Positions 52,831 through 63,954 of a stretch of DNA of 64,000 bases are shown here, one piece after another (position 1 is the stretch's first letter; each line of letters opens with the position of its first letter). The notes under the pieces are model-generated. The model did not search any database. It was not told the origin of the DNA and saw only the letters and a program-made list of their open reading frames with translations. The stretch spans positions 44,869-108,868 of the forward strand of contig CAWDPZ010000025.1 in NCBI GenBank assembly GCA_963804265.1, given 5' to 3'. Source of the stretch: an uncultured Acidimicrobiaceae bacterium (GTDB lineage Bacteria > Actinomycetota > Acidimicrobiia > Acidimicrobiales > Bog-793). The translations under genes were made by a program, and so were the position numbers.

Positions 52831-55622
52831 ATGGTCACGCGTCGGCGCATGTCGCCCGTCAGCCCTTTTTCGCGCTGGGTCTACGTCGTGTTCACGATTC
52901 CGGTCGTCGCCGTCTTGCTTGTGGCTCGCCCAGGACTGAGCCGTACCGGTGCCACGCCGTCGGCGATGCCGGAGATGGTGATGGCCACGTCGGCCTCCAA
53001 GATCCCCGTATGCACCCATGCTGGAGCCGGAGGGTTGGACGGCCACGGCGAGCGGTCAGTTGCCGGGTCATCCCGCTGACGCCGTGCTCGACGGCAGAGC
53101 CTCCAGCTACTGGCAGAGCCGGCCGTTCGCGCGGCTCGCTTGCCGCAGTGGATCACCATCGACATGCGCACGGCTCAGGTCGTGTCGGGCGTCGTCTACG
53201 AGCCCCGCCAGGGTGCCCGTCCCGCCGGCGCCATCGGCCGGTTCGAGGTCAGCGTCAGCCAGGACGGGGTCCATTTCGGGACGCCCGTGGCGACCGGGAC
53301 GTGGGCTGACAACACGGCCGTCGAAGACAGTCGGCATCTTTCCTGTAAAGGCTCGTTTCGTCAGGCTCACAGCCCTTTCCGACGCGGCCGGTGGCTCGGT
53401 CGTCTCGGCGGCCGCGATCTCCCTCGAGGGCGCCCCGCAGACGGCGCCCGTGCTCGCGGCCGTCAATCTGAAGTCGCACGCCCTGAGCACGAACCCGGCC
53501 ATCGTCGGTGAGTGGGGGCCGACGATCGGCTTCCCCCTCGTCCCGGCCGCGGCGGCGCTGCTGCCCAACAACGAGCTGCTCGTGTGGTCGGCGGACCAGG
53601 ACATGAACTTCGGCTGGGCCTCGTACACCCAGACCGCCATCTTGAACCTGAACACGGGCGTCGTCAGCCAGGAGACGATCACCAACACGAACCACAACAT
53701 GTTCTGCCCCGGTGTGGTCATCTTGGCCAACGGCGAGATCATGGTCACAGGCGGCGACAGCGACGACCAGACCAGCATCTACGACCCCACCACCAACACC
53801 TGGAAGCGCGGGACCGCCGATGAACATCGCCCGCGGCTACCAGGCGATGACCTTGCTCTCCAACGGTGAGGCCTTCACGCTCGGCGGTTCGTGGTCGGGC
53901 GCTCTCGGGGGCAAGCTGGGCGAGGTCTGGACGCCCACCGGCGGCTGGCGCGAGCTGACGGGCGTCCCGGCCACACCGATGTACACCGCCGATCCCCAGG
54001 GCGTGTACCGGGCCGACAACCACGGCTGGTTCATCGCCACCTCCGGGGGAAGAGTCCTGCAGGCGGGGCCGTCGGCGCAGATGAACTGGATCACGACCAG
54101 CGGTGCGGGCAGCATCACCCCGGCCGGGAACAGGGGCACCAGCGCGGACGCCATGAACGGAAACGCCGTCTACTACGACATCAACAAGATCATCACCATG
54201 GGGGGAGCCCCCGCCTACCAGAACTCCTACGCCACCAACAAGGCCTATGAGATCAACATCGGCACAGGGACCGCTCATGTCACCCAGGTGGGCTCCATGA
54301 CCTATCCCCGCACATTCGCCAACAGCGTGGTGCTGCCCAATGGCGAGGTCGTGACCATCGGCGGGGAGACCTACGGCGTGCCTTTCAGCGACGCCGACTC
54401 GGTGCTGAACCCCGAGATGTGGAACCCGTCCACAGGTCAGTTCACTGTCATGGCCCCCGAGGCGGAGCCACGCAACTACCACTCGGTGGCCGTCCTGCTG
54501 CCCGACGGGCGGGTCTTCTCCGGCGGCGGCGGGCTTTGCGGAAGCTCCTGCTCGACCAATCATCCCGACGGGCAGATATTCACGCCGCCTTATCTGCTGA
54601 ACTCCAACGGCACCCTGCGCATCCGTCCGGTGATCACCTCGGCTCCGAGCGCGGCGGCCACCGGCCAGACGATCTCGGTGACCACCGGTGGCCGGGTCTC
54701 GAGCTTCTCCATGGTCCGCTACGGGGAGTCGACCCACTCGGTGGACAACGACCAGAGGCGCATCCCGCTCTCGATCGTCTCCGCGGTCGGCAACACCTAC
54801 AAGCTGGCCATCCCATCCGATCCCGGGATAGCGCTCCCCGGGCCCTACATGCTCTTCGCCCTCAGTGCCGGCGGCACGCCGAGCATCTCGAGGACGGTCT
54901 CGATCACCAACGTCGCCACCCAGCCGCCCGCCGACAGCTACGGACGGGCGGTGCTCGCCTCAGGACCGGCGGCCTACTGGCCGCTCAGCGACGCGACCGG
55001 GCCGACGGCCGCTGACGCCAGCGGCAACGGCTACACGGGTACCTACAGCACCGCCGGGATCACCTACCACGCTCCGAGCTCCGTCGAGGGCCCCGCGGGC
55101 ACCGGCGTCGCCCTGGACGGGTCCAGCGGCCAGATCGTCGCCGCACAGGCCATCACCGATCCCACCACGTACTCCGAGGAGATGTGGTTCAAGACCACGA
55201 CGGCCTCAGGCGGCTATCTGATGGGCTTCGGCAGCTCGCCGAGCGGCCTGTCGGCCCAGCGGGACCGGCAGGTGTGGATGTCGAACGACGGCCAGCTCAA
55301 CTTCGGGATCTTCGACGGCCAGACTGTCGTCGTCCAGTCGCCCAAGTCCTACAACGACGGGGCCTGGCACTACGTCGTCGCCACCCAGAGCTGGGACGGC
55401 ATGAGCTTGTACGTCGACGGCCAGCTAGTCGGCGCCAACAGCACAACTCAGTCCCAGAGCTACGTCGGCTACTGGCGGGTGGGCGGCGAAGATCTCAGTC
55501 TCTGGCCCTATCAGCCATCGAGCGACTACTTGGCGGGAACCGTCTCGGACGCGGCCTTCTACAACATCGAGCTCTCCGCCGCCCAGGTCCAGGCCCACTA
55601 CCTGGCGTCTCCGCTGGGCTGA
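52831..55622 (+). CDS. Galactose oxidase-like copper radical oxidase (F5/8C-Kelch-DUF1929) with a C-terminal LamG domain; several frameshifts
   Basis: HNMFCPG, ARGYQ, GGSWSG, YRADNH, RNYHSVA, GGGGLCG, STHSVDNDQRR; N-terminal WITIDM discoidin; C-terminal WFKT..YNDGAWHYVV..LYVDG. Confidence 0.88.
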
Positions 55623-55670
55623 TCGACCTCAGCGCGGGCCTGATCGGCCTCGGGGGACCCCGGGCCCTTC

Positions 55671-56405
55671 TCAGGCCCGGTGGACGATGACGAAGGGCGT
55701 CAGCTCCTCGCCTTGGCCCATCGGGTTGTCGAGGAGGACCAGGCGCGCCGTCGCCTTGTCGACCGGCATGTCCGGGCTCACCCCGAGCACCTCGACGTTG
55801 ATGTTGTTCCCGTCGATGATGACCACGGGGTGGCCGAGGTAGGCCGCGTAGCTCCTGCACGCCTTGTCCGGGTCGGCCGGCCCCAGCATCGCGAACTCGT
55901 CGAAAGGCTTCACGGTGTCCGGGTTGAACCCGTCTATCTCGGCGATTCGGTGACCCGCGATCCGGTAGAAGTCGCCGTGCCGGCCGAACAGCTTGGTCAC
56001 CCCGCCGACCACCATGGCGAAGGCGGCGCGCGCCGAGCCCGTCTGCATGATCGCCACCTGCATCTTGCGCGGGTCGCTGAAGGCGACGTCGTGCTCCCAC
56101 TTGCGGGTGCCCTTGACGATGAGCTTCGCGAGCGGTCCGGGCCGGACGACCGAGTAGTGCACCACTCTGCCTTCGGAGATGGCCACGACCTTCTCCGACA
56201 TCGCCACCCAGTCCCCGTCTTCGAGCAGAGGACGCACTCGCGAGTCCAAGATGGGCTCGAGCGCCTCTTTGATGTGGATGAGATGGGTGTGCACGAGGGT
56301 GCGCTGATAGGTGTGCCCGCCGAGCACGACGTCGGGAGCGGCTTCGGGCGCCCCTACGGCGGGCGGTCCGGGCTCGGGCGGCCCGGCCTTTTCTGGCGGC
56401 GTCAT
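55671..56405 (-). CDS. CofE-like (F420-0:gamma-glutamyl ligase fold) protein
   Basis: THLI..GDWVAMSEKVVAISEGR, AEIDG, LGPADP, VIIDGN, DNPMGQGEELTP. Confidence 0.78.
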   Translation of the reverse strand: MTPPEKAGPPEPGPPAVGAPEAAPDVVLGGHTYQRTLVHTHLIHIKEALEPILDSRVRPLLEDGDWVAMSEKVVAISEGRVVHYSVVRPGPLAKLIVKGTRKWEHDVAFSDPRKMQVAIMQTGSARAAFAMVVGGVTKLFGRHGDFYRIAGHRIAEIDGFNPDTVKPFDEFAMLGPADPDKACRSYAAYLGHPVVIIDGNNINVEVLGVSPDMPVDKATARLVLLDNPMGQGEELTPFVIVHRA

Positions 56406-58235
56406 CGGACGGCCACCGGCGAGTCGACATAGCGCCGCAGCCAGAGCTCGGTCACGAGCACGCGCCAGAAGGCGAGCCCGTCACCCGGCTTGCCGGCGAG
56501 CCAGGCGTCGAGCTCCTCGACGAGCCTCCGCGGGTCGAAGATCCCGCGGGACGACAGCGAGTCGGACGAGAACACCTCGCGGATCTGCCCGGCGCGCTCT
56601 CGTGTCCAGGCGGCCTCCGGATTGGTGAAGCCGATCTTCGAGCGTCTCGTCCGGTTGGCCTCAGGCATCTTTCCTCTCATGGCCTGACGGTACACGTAGC
56701 GGTTCCACCCTCTCTTGATCTTCTGGTCGATGGGCAGCTGGAAGATGAATTCGACCAGCTCGTGGTCCAAGAAGGGCACCCGCGACTCGATGGAGAAGGC
56801 CATGGAGTTCTTGTCCTCGTAGCGCAGCAGGTTGGGCGTCGAGTACTTGAGCACGTCGTCGGCGAGCCGGCTGTTGAGGTTGCGGCTCGGCCGGTAGTCG
56901 AACTCGGCGAGGGCGCCGGGCGCGGCGGTGAGGAAGTCCGGCATGGAGAAGGGGCGCTGACCGCCAGGCCGGCGCGCTCGCCATGAGCTCGCGGGCATAG
57001 CTCTTGTACAGGTCGCGCCCCATGAGCGCCTCGCGGACCGCGGCCAGGAAGTGGCGCTGGTCGACCGCCGAGCTCAGGTAGGTCCGGAAGTAGGGGAGGT
57101 AACCGGCGAGCAGCTCGTCTCCGCCGTTGCCCGACAAGATCACCTTCACCTCGCCTTTGGCGATGCGGTAGACGCTGTAGTAGGCGTACGGCGCCGACGA
57201 GATCGTCGGCTCCTCCTGGTACCAGATCCACTCGGCGATCTCGTCCCAGAACTGGTCGACGGTCGGGTAGGCGTAGTGCGGGACGCTGTGGACGTGTCTC
57301 TCGACCGAGTGAACGTACTCGCTCTCGTCGATGCTCTGGCCCGGGTAGAGGGCCGAGAAGGTGTGCAGCGCGCCGGCGGTGTGCGTGTCGGCGCCCGAGT
57401 GCATGAGGGCTTCCATGACCGAGGAGACCCCGCTCGAGTCGAGGCCTCCGGACAAGGAGACGCCGACGGGCACATCGGCGATCATGTGGCGCCGGATGAC
57501 CCGCTCGAACAGATCCGCGAATGCGTCGGCGTACTCCGAGTCGCGCAACGACGACGAGAACTCCGGGTTGACCTCGGGTGCCCAGTACTTCGTCGCAGCC
57601 GTTCGGCCGTCGGCCGCCACCGTCATGAAGTGTCCGGGCAAAAGACGCTTCACGCCCACGAAGAACGTCTCCTCCCCGGCGTCATGCACACGATGGAGGA
57701 GGAAGCGGTAGAGCACCCCCATGTCGGCGGCGCGCGGGACCCTCGGGTCCTGGAAGAGCGCCTTCAGCTCGGACGCGAAGGAGAAACGGCCCGATTGCGA
57801 GAAGTAGTACAGCGGCTTTATGCCGAGCCGGTCGCGGGCGAGGTACAAGACCCGCGACCGCGGGTCGACGATGGCGAAGGCGAACATCCCCACGAGACGC
57901 GTGACGCACGAGTTGCCCCACTGCTCGTAGGCGCGCAGCACCGTCTCGGTGTCCGAATGGTCCGACACGAAACGGTGTCCCGCGCGCATGAGCTCCGCGC
58001 GCAGCTCCGCGTTGTTGTACAGCTCCCCGTTGAACACGATGCAGGCGCCCGTGCGCTCGGAGCAGATCGGCTGCTCACCGCCCTCGATGTCGATGATGGA
58101 AAGGCGTCTCATCCCGACGGTGAAGTCCTCGCCGACCTCCGCGCCCCAGGAATCGGGCCCCCGGTGCTCGATGGACGCCAGCATGGCGTCGAGCAGCTCC
58201 GGGTCGCGGCCGGTGAAGCCCGCTATCCCGCACAC
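56402..58235 (-). CDS. asnB: Asparagine synthase-like glutamine amidotransferase; frameshift near 56975
   Basis: N-terminal CGIAG, HRGPD, FNGELYN, SDTE, LSGGLDSS, SGNGGDE, DKNSMAFSIESRVPFLD. Confidence 0.9.
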
Positions 58236-58253
58236 GGCGCGTCTGTCAACGGC

Positions 58254-59006
58254 TCACGAGGTGGTCGATGTGGGAATGGTCGTGACCGTCGCCCCGGCCG
58301 GGAGCTGGAAGAGCGAGGCCGCCGGCGATGACGAGTAGCTCTTGATCTCGAAGTCCGCGGCCTTGGCCGCCACGCTCACGTAACCGAGGATGCCCTGGGA
58401 GGTGACGCAGACCTTGCTCGTGGTCTGATTCGGCGCCTTGCCACTGACGACCACGGCGCACTGCAGCTTGAAGCCGTTGACCGTCATCGACGATGAGCTG
58501 ATCGTGACCCCGTGCAGTGCCGCCGCGACCGAATAGAGCTTGAGGAAGTCGATCCAGTACGCGCCCGAGTAGAGGGCGTACATCAGCTTGGTCGTATTGA
58601 CCCCTGAAACGTCGGTCTTGAGGCATTGCCACGTGGCCCCCGCCTTCGGCCGGTTGCACTCGAACTGGCCCGCCGAGCCCGCGAAGACCATGAGCTCGCT
58701 GGTCGAGGTCGAGTCGTCGAAGGCGAAGTCGTTCGGCGGCTGGGCGGCGTAATTGATCGTCGCCGGAGAGCTGCCGGTCGTGACGTAGGTCACGTCGTAG
58801 GCGGCGTTGTCTCCGGCTTTGATCTTGGCCGTGAGCGAGTTGATCGCCGCGCTGCCGTGCATGATGTTGTGCACGGCCTTGACGGCGGAGATGGCCTTGC
58901 TCACGGCGCTGCAACCCGTCAGCCCGAGGGCGATCGCCGCGACAAGGGCAGCGAGGAGGATCGTCTCGCGACGAGCGACCCGGTGGGTCTGCGCAGGCTT
59001 GTTCAT
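58254..59006 (-). CDS. Lipoprotein of unknown function
   Basis: Lipobox LGLTG-C; Ser/Thr/Lys-rich beta-type body with four further Cys. Confidence 0.75.
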   Translation of the reverse strand: MNKPAQTHRVARRETILLAALVAAIALGLTGCSAVSKAISAVKAVHNIMHGSAAINSLTAKIKAGDNAAYDVTYVTTGSSPATINYAAQPPNDFAFDDSTSTSELMVFAGSAGQFECNRPKAGATWQCLKTDVSGVNTTKLMYALYSGAYWIDFLKLYSVAAALHGVTISSSSMTVNGFKLQCAVVVSGKAPNQTTSKVCVTSQGILGYVSVAAKAADFEIKSYSSSPAASLFQLPAGATVTTIPTSTTS

Positions 59007-59119
59007 CGTGTCACCCCTCGGTTCAGTCGTCTGTGGGTCCTGCCAAGGATAGATGGCGCGAAGCCCCAGGTTGGGCGACCTTGGCCCGATGCACTTGCCG
59101 GGTGCAGCAAGCTGAAGGC

Positions 59120-59774
59120 GTGACAGGAACCTCGAAACGCAGCGACGAGCCGCCACGGCGCCGAGATGTGGGCGGCGACGACTTGGCCGGGGAGGCGCTG
59201 GAGCTGGCGGTCGCCGCCGTGTCGCTCTGGTGCGGCGCCACCAGCGCTGTCACCGTGGTCGCCGTCGACGGCCACGGTGCCTCGGGCAAGACGACGCTCG
59301 CCGGCCGGCTCTGTGACCTGTGCGAGGCGAGCCTCGTCCACACGGACGACTTCTTCATACCTGAGGCCGCTGGCGGCGCCGAGGGCGGCCAGGCCATCGG
59401 GAGCTATTACGACCTCGCCCGCCTGCGCCGGGAGGCTCTCGGGCCGCTGCGGGCGGGCCGCGAGGCCCTCTACCGTCCCTACGACTGGGACTCGGGAAGG
59501 CTCTCGGACGAGTACACGCACGTCACACCGGCACGACTCGTCGTCGTGGAGGGCGTGTGCTCCTCCGCGCCGGCGCTGCGAGACCTTGTCGACAAGACGA
59601 TCTACGTGAAGACGCCCGAGGCCGAGCGGCTGAGTCGCCTGCGGGGCCTGATCGCGCCCGAGGACTGGGACGACGAGTGGCTGCGGGCGGAGCGGAGGTA
59701 CTTCGCCGACATCGCGTCCCGAGGACTCGTTCGACATTGTCGTCAGCGGGGCCGCGCCGGCCAAGCACGACTAG
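59120..59774 (+). CDS. Uridine kinase-like P-loop kinase; frameshift near 59720
   Basis: VAVDGHGASGKTTLA, HTDDFF, YRPYDW, VVEGV, W..AERRYF. Confidence 0.8.
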
Positions 59775-59785
59775 GCTGTCGGAGA

Positions 59786-59890
59786 AGTGCACGGGAGCTC
59801 GGGTGTACCGGGCTGAGAGGGTGGCTGGCCGGCGGGCCGGATTGCCACCGACCGTTCGAACCTGACCGGGTAATGCCGGCAAGGGAGGTG
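59786..59890 (+). ncRNA. TPP (thiamine pyrophosphate) riboswitch
   Basis: CACGGGAGC..GGGCTGAGAG, P3a GGTGGC/GCCACC, GACCGTTCGAACCTGA, P5 CCGGG-TAAT-GCCGG, C-AAGGGAG. All THI-box landmarks appear in order in an intergenic leader. Confidence 0.88.
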
Positions 59891-59896
59891 GCCACA

Positions 59897-61908
59897 GTGA
59901 CGACGTCGGGCCCGAAGGCGCCCTTTTCGCGCGCTGAGAGCCTTGTCGGGGCTGAAGAGCTCGTCCGCCGAGGCCTCGAGACCGCCGGACGGGCTCCTCG
60001 CGCCTCGAGCCGCGCTCGGCCTGCTCGTGCTCGCCTCCATCCAGGCGTGCGGCTCGTCGGGCACCGGCTCGGCGACGACGGCTCGGCAACGAAGGCTCCC
60101 GCTGCTGCGGCGAAGGCCCTGGGCGCGGTTTCGAGGACGGTGATCGGCGGGGGCACGGCCTATTTCGCCGAGCAACCGGAGACCCCGCCCGACTACATCT
60201 TCCCGCTCGTCTCCGGGGCCTATTTCACGGACGCGAACACGGCCGATCTCCAGACCCTCCTCTACGAGCCCCTCTACTGGTTCGGCGACAGGGCGTCGAC
60301 GTCGGTCGACTACGGGCTGTCGGTCGGCAACGCCCCGGTCTACAGCGACGGCAACCGCGTCGTGACGATCACGCTCAAGCACTACATGTGGTCCGACGGC
60401 GAGGCCGTGACCGCCCGGGACGTGATCTTCTGGATCAACCTTTTGAAGGCGAACCGGGACGGCTGGGCCTCCTATGTCCCCGGCGGGTTCCCCGACAACG
60501 TGAGCTCGGCCACGGCCCCCAACGCGACGACTGTGCGCCTCAGGCTCAACGACGCCTACAACCCGATCTGGTACACCTACAACGAGCTCTCCCAGATCAC
60601 CCCGCTCCCGCTGGCCTGGGACCGCACCTCGCTCTCGGCTCCCGCACGGAAAGCCCGGCGCGAGATATCTTCCTGACTCCACGCCGTCGGGGGCAAGGGC
60701 GGTCTACGACTTTCTCAGCACACAGGCCACTCATCTCGCGAGCTACGCCTCGAGCCCGGTCTGGTCCGTTGTCGACGGGCCCTGGAAGCTCGTCGGGCTC
60801 ACGACCGAAGGGACCGCGACCTTCGTCGCCAATCGGCGCTTTTCCGGTCCGGACAAGCCGCATCTGGCCAGGCTCGTCGAGCTCGCCTACACGAGCGCCG
60901 CCGCCGAGTTCTCGGTGCTGCGCGCGGGGTCGGCCAAGGCGGCTCCGGCTCTTCTGCGGGCGGCGACCAGATCTCGGTCGGCTACGTGCCGGACAACGAC
61001 CTGCCGCAGTCAGGGGCTCTCCGCGCCGCAGGGCTACCAGCTCGTGGACTGGTACCCGTTCCAGTTCGACTACTTCGAGCCGAACTTCAACAACCCGACG
61101 GTCGGGCCGATTCTGCGCCAGCTCTACTTCCGCCAGGCTTTCCAGCATCTCGTCGACCAGCAGGGGTGGATCCACGCCTACTACGGCGGGCTCGGGGTCC
61201 CGACCTACGGCCCGGTGCCGGCGAGCCCGGCCAACCCGTATGCGGACGCGAGCGCGTCCGTGAACCCCTACCCGTTCAGCGTGCCGGCGGCCGCCAAGCT
61301 GCTCACGGCCCACGGCTGGAAGGTCGCGCCCGGCGGCGTCACGAGCTGTGCCCGTCCGGGCACGCGGTCCGAGCCGGTGCGGCCAGGGCATCAAAGCCGG
61401 CGAGGGCCTCAACTTCACCCTCATGTACCCGAGCGGCCTTCCCTACACCGACGGTTCGATGGTCGACCTGCAGTCGGTGGCCAAGCAGGTGGGCGTCGAG
61501 ATTGCCCTCAAGGAGGTGACGCCGACCACGATCGCTTCGACGATCCTGACCTGCTCGCCGGGCCAGGCGGCCTGCAGCTGGGAGCTCGGCCAGTACGGCA
61601 GCGGCTGGGTCTTCGAGCCCGACCACTACCCGAGCGGGGAGGAGATATTCGAGACCGGCGCCCTCGGCAACGTGGCCAACTACTCGAACCCGACCTCGGA
61701 CAAGCTCATCAAGGCGACCACGACGACGCCGGCCGCCGGCGCCCAGGCCGCCCTCGACGCCTACCAGGACCAGGTTCGCCTCGAGCTCCCCAACTTCTGG
61801 CAGCCGAGCCCGGGAACACTGGTCACGGTCTCGTCGAACCTGCGCGGCTTCGTCCCGAACGCCTACGGGTTCATCAGCCCCGAGGAGTGGTACTTCTCGA
61901 AGGGCTGA
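59897..61908 (+). CDS. Opp/Dpp (SBP family 5) substrate-binding lipoprotein; several frameshifts
   Basis: Lipobox-like LASIQA-C; PDYIFP, LLYEPLYWFG, WSDGEAVTARDV, VDGPWKL, RQAFQHLVD, PEEWYF. Confidence 0.85.
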
Positions 61909-61944
61909 GCCAGAGGCCGATGCGGACGGAGGGCACGAGCGGAC

Positions 61945-62893
61945 ATGATCGGGTACACACTGCGGCGCCTCGTCCAGGCCGTGGTCGTCCTCCTCGGCGT
62001 GACGGTGCTCGTGTTCGTGCTCGAGCACATCATCCCCGGCAACCTCGCCCGCGCCGTGCTCGGCCCGCGGGCGAGCGCCGGGGAGATGGCGAACTTCGAC
62101 AGGGTGAACGGCCTCGGCCGCCCGGTCGTCATGCAGTACCTGACGTTCCTCTCCCATGTGCTCCACGGCAACCTCGGTTACTCCTACCGGCTGAACCAGA
62201 GCGTCGACTCGCTCGTGGTCCACGAGCTGCCGAACGACATCATCCTCGTCGGCATCGCCCTCGTGCTCGCCCTCGCCATCGCCATCCCCCTCGGCGTCGC
62301 CCAAGCCGTGCGGCGCAACCGTGCGCTCGACCATGCCGCCACGGGGGTGGCGCTGCTTGCTCTACTCGATGCCGTCCTATTGGCTGGGGCTCCTGCTCAT
62401 CGCGGGGATGGCGATCGGCCTGCACGCCTTGCCGCCCGAGGCGCCCCAGGCGGCGACAGTCGCGGGCGTGCTCGCCGACCCGCGCGCCCTGGTGCTCCCC
62501 GTCCTCACCCTCACCCTCGTGAACGTGGCCCTGTTCAGCCGTTACATGCGCTCGGCGGCCATCGACACCCTCGCCCAGGACTACGTGCGTGTGGCGCGGG
62601 CCAAGGGGCTCCCGGCGCGCGTCATCGTCGCCCGCCATGTGCTGCGCAACTCGCTCGCGCCGGTGGTGACGCTGCTGGGGTTGTCCGTCCCGGCCGTGCT
62701 CACGACGGGTCTCGTCGTCGAGTACGTCTTCAACTTCCCCGGCCTCGGCCTCACCTATTTCAACGCCGCCGTGAACGCCGACTACCCGGTGGAGCTCGGC
62801 ATCACCGTCATCGCCGGGGTGGCGACAGTGCTCGGCAGCCTGCTCGCCGATCTCGCCTACGCCGTGCTCGACCCGAGGGTCAGATATGGCTGA
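61945..62893 (+). CDS. Opp/Dpp ABC permease B; frameshift near 62355
   Basis: YTLRRLVQAV, GNLGYSY, QDYVRVARAKGL..HVLRNSL, YAVLDPRVR. Confidence 0.9.
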
Positions 62894-63810
62894 TCCGCGC
62901 CCGGCCGTCGAGCTGCAGGGGACCAGGCTCGGTCTGCTCGCCGAAGCCGGATAAGGCGCGCCCGCGACCCGGCCGCAGCTCGTTCGCGTCGGGGTTCTTG
63001 GAGAACCGCCTCGGCGTTGTCGGAGTGGGGATCATCGTCGCCGTGGCGGCGTTCTGCTTCGGCGGCCCGCTCGTCTACCACAGCGACCAGTTCCAGGCGA
63101 ACATCGCCCTCACCAACATGCCCCCCGGTGCCGGACGCCCGCTCGGGACCGACGCCAACGGCTTCGACATCCTGGGGCGGCTCATGGTCGGTGGGCAGAG
63201 CGCGCTCGAGATCTCGCTCGCCGTCGCGCTCGTCGCGACGAGCTTCGGCGCCTTGTGGGGGGCGGTCTCCGGCTTCGTGGGGGGAATCCTCGACGCCCTC
63301 ATGATGCGCGTCGTGGACGTCGTGATCGCGGTGCCCGCCATCTTCTTGCTCGTCTACCTGGCGAGCGTGTTCCGCCCGAGCGTGCCGGTCTTGATCCTGG
63401 TGCTCTCCTTCCTCTCCTGGCTCGGCCCGGCGCGCCTTGTGCGCGGCGAGACCTTGTCGTTGCGCACGAGGGAATTCGTCGATGCCGTGCGCGCCGCGGG
63501 CGGCAGCAGGCCGCGCATCGTCGGGCGCCACATCATCCCGAACACCCTCGGGACGATCTCGGTCAACGCCACCTTCCAGGTGGCCGACGCCATGATCATC
63601 CTCGCCACCTTGAGCTTCCTCGGTTTCGGTCTGCCGCCGCCCGCTGTGAGCTGGGGTGCGATGCTCTCCCAGGGGACGACCTATCTGCTCGACGGTTACT
63701 GGTGGGAGGTCTATCCGGCCGGCCTCATCGTGATGGTGACGGTTGTGGCGTTCAACTTCGTGGGCGACGCGATGCGCGACACGCTCGATGGGCACTTGCG
63801 CGAGCGGTAG
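62886..63810 (+). CDS. Opp/Dpp ABC permease C; N-terminal frameshift
   Basis: PLGTDANGFDILGRL, ARLVRGETLSLRTREFVDA, HIIPN, SFLGFG, FNFVGDAMRD. Confidence 0.9.
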
Positions 63811-63954
63811 GGCAGCTCGCTTCGAGTCCGGTGCACGCAGTCGGCCGCGGCACGCGACTGAAGCCTCGCGCCGGCGGAAACTGCCCGGGTACTCGGCCGC
63901 GAGACCAGCGGCTACACTCTGCGCCTTCGTGCCCTCCCCGAAAGGCGGCCTGTA

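Noticed and set aside
55615..55655. Short imperfect direct repeat (CTGATCGRCCTC x2) between convergent genes
   Set aside because: Only two short copies, with no supportable function.
59033..60676. Kinase/SBP fusion
   Set aside because: The linker is the TPP riboswitch, and the kinase has a plausible stop at 59774.
61945..63810. DppB/DppC fusion
   Set aside because: The DppB C-terminus (LDPRVRYG*) lies in another frame and ends at 62893.
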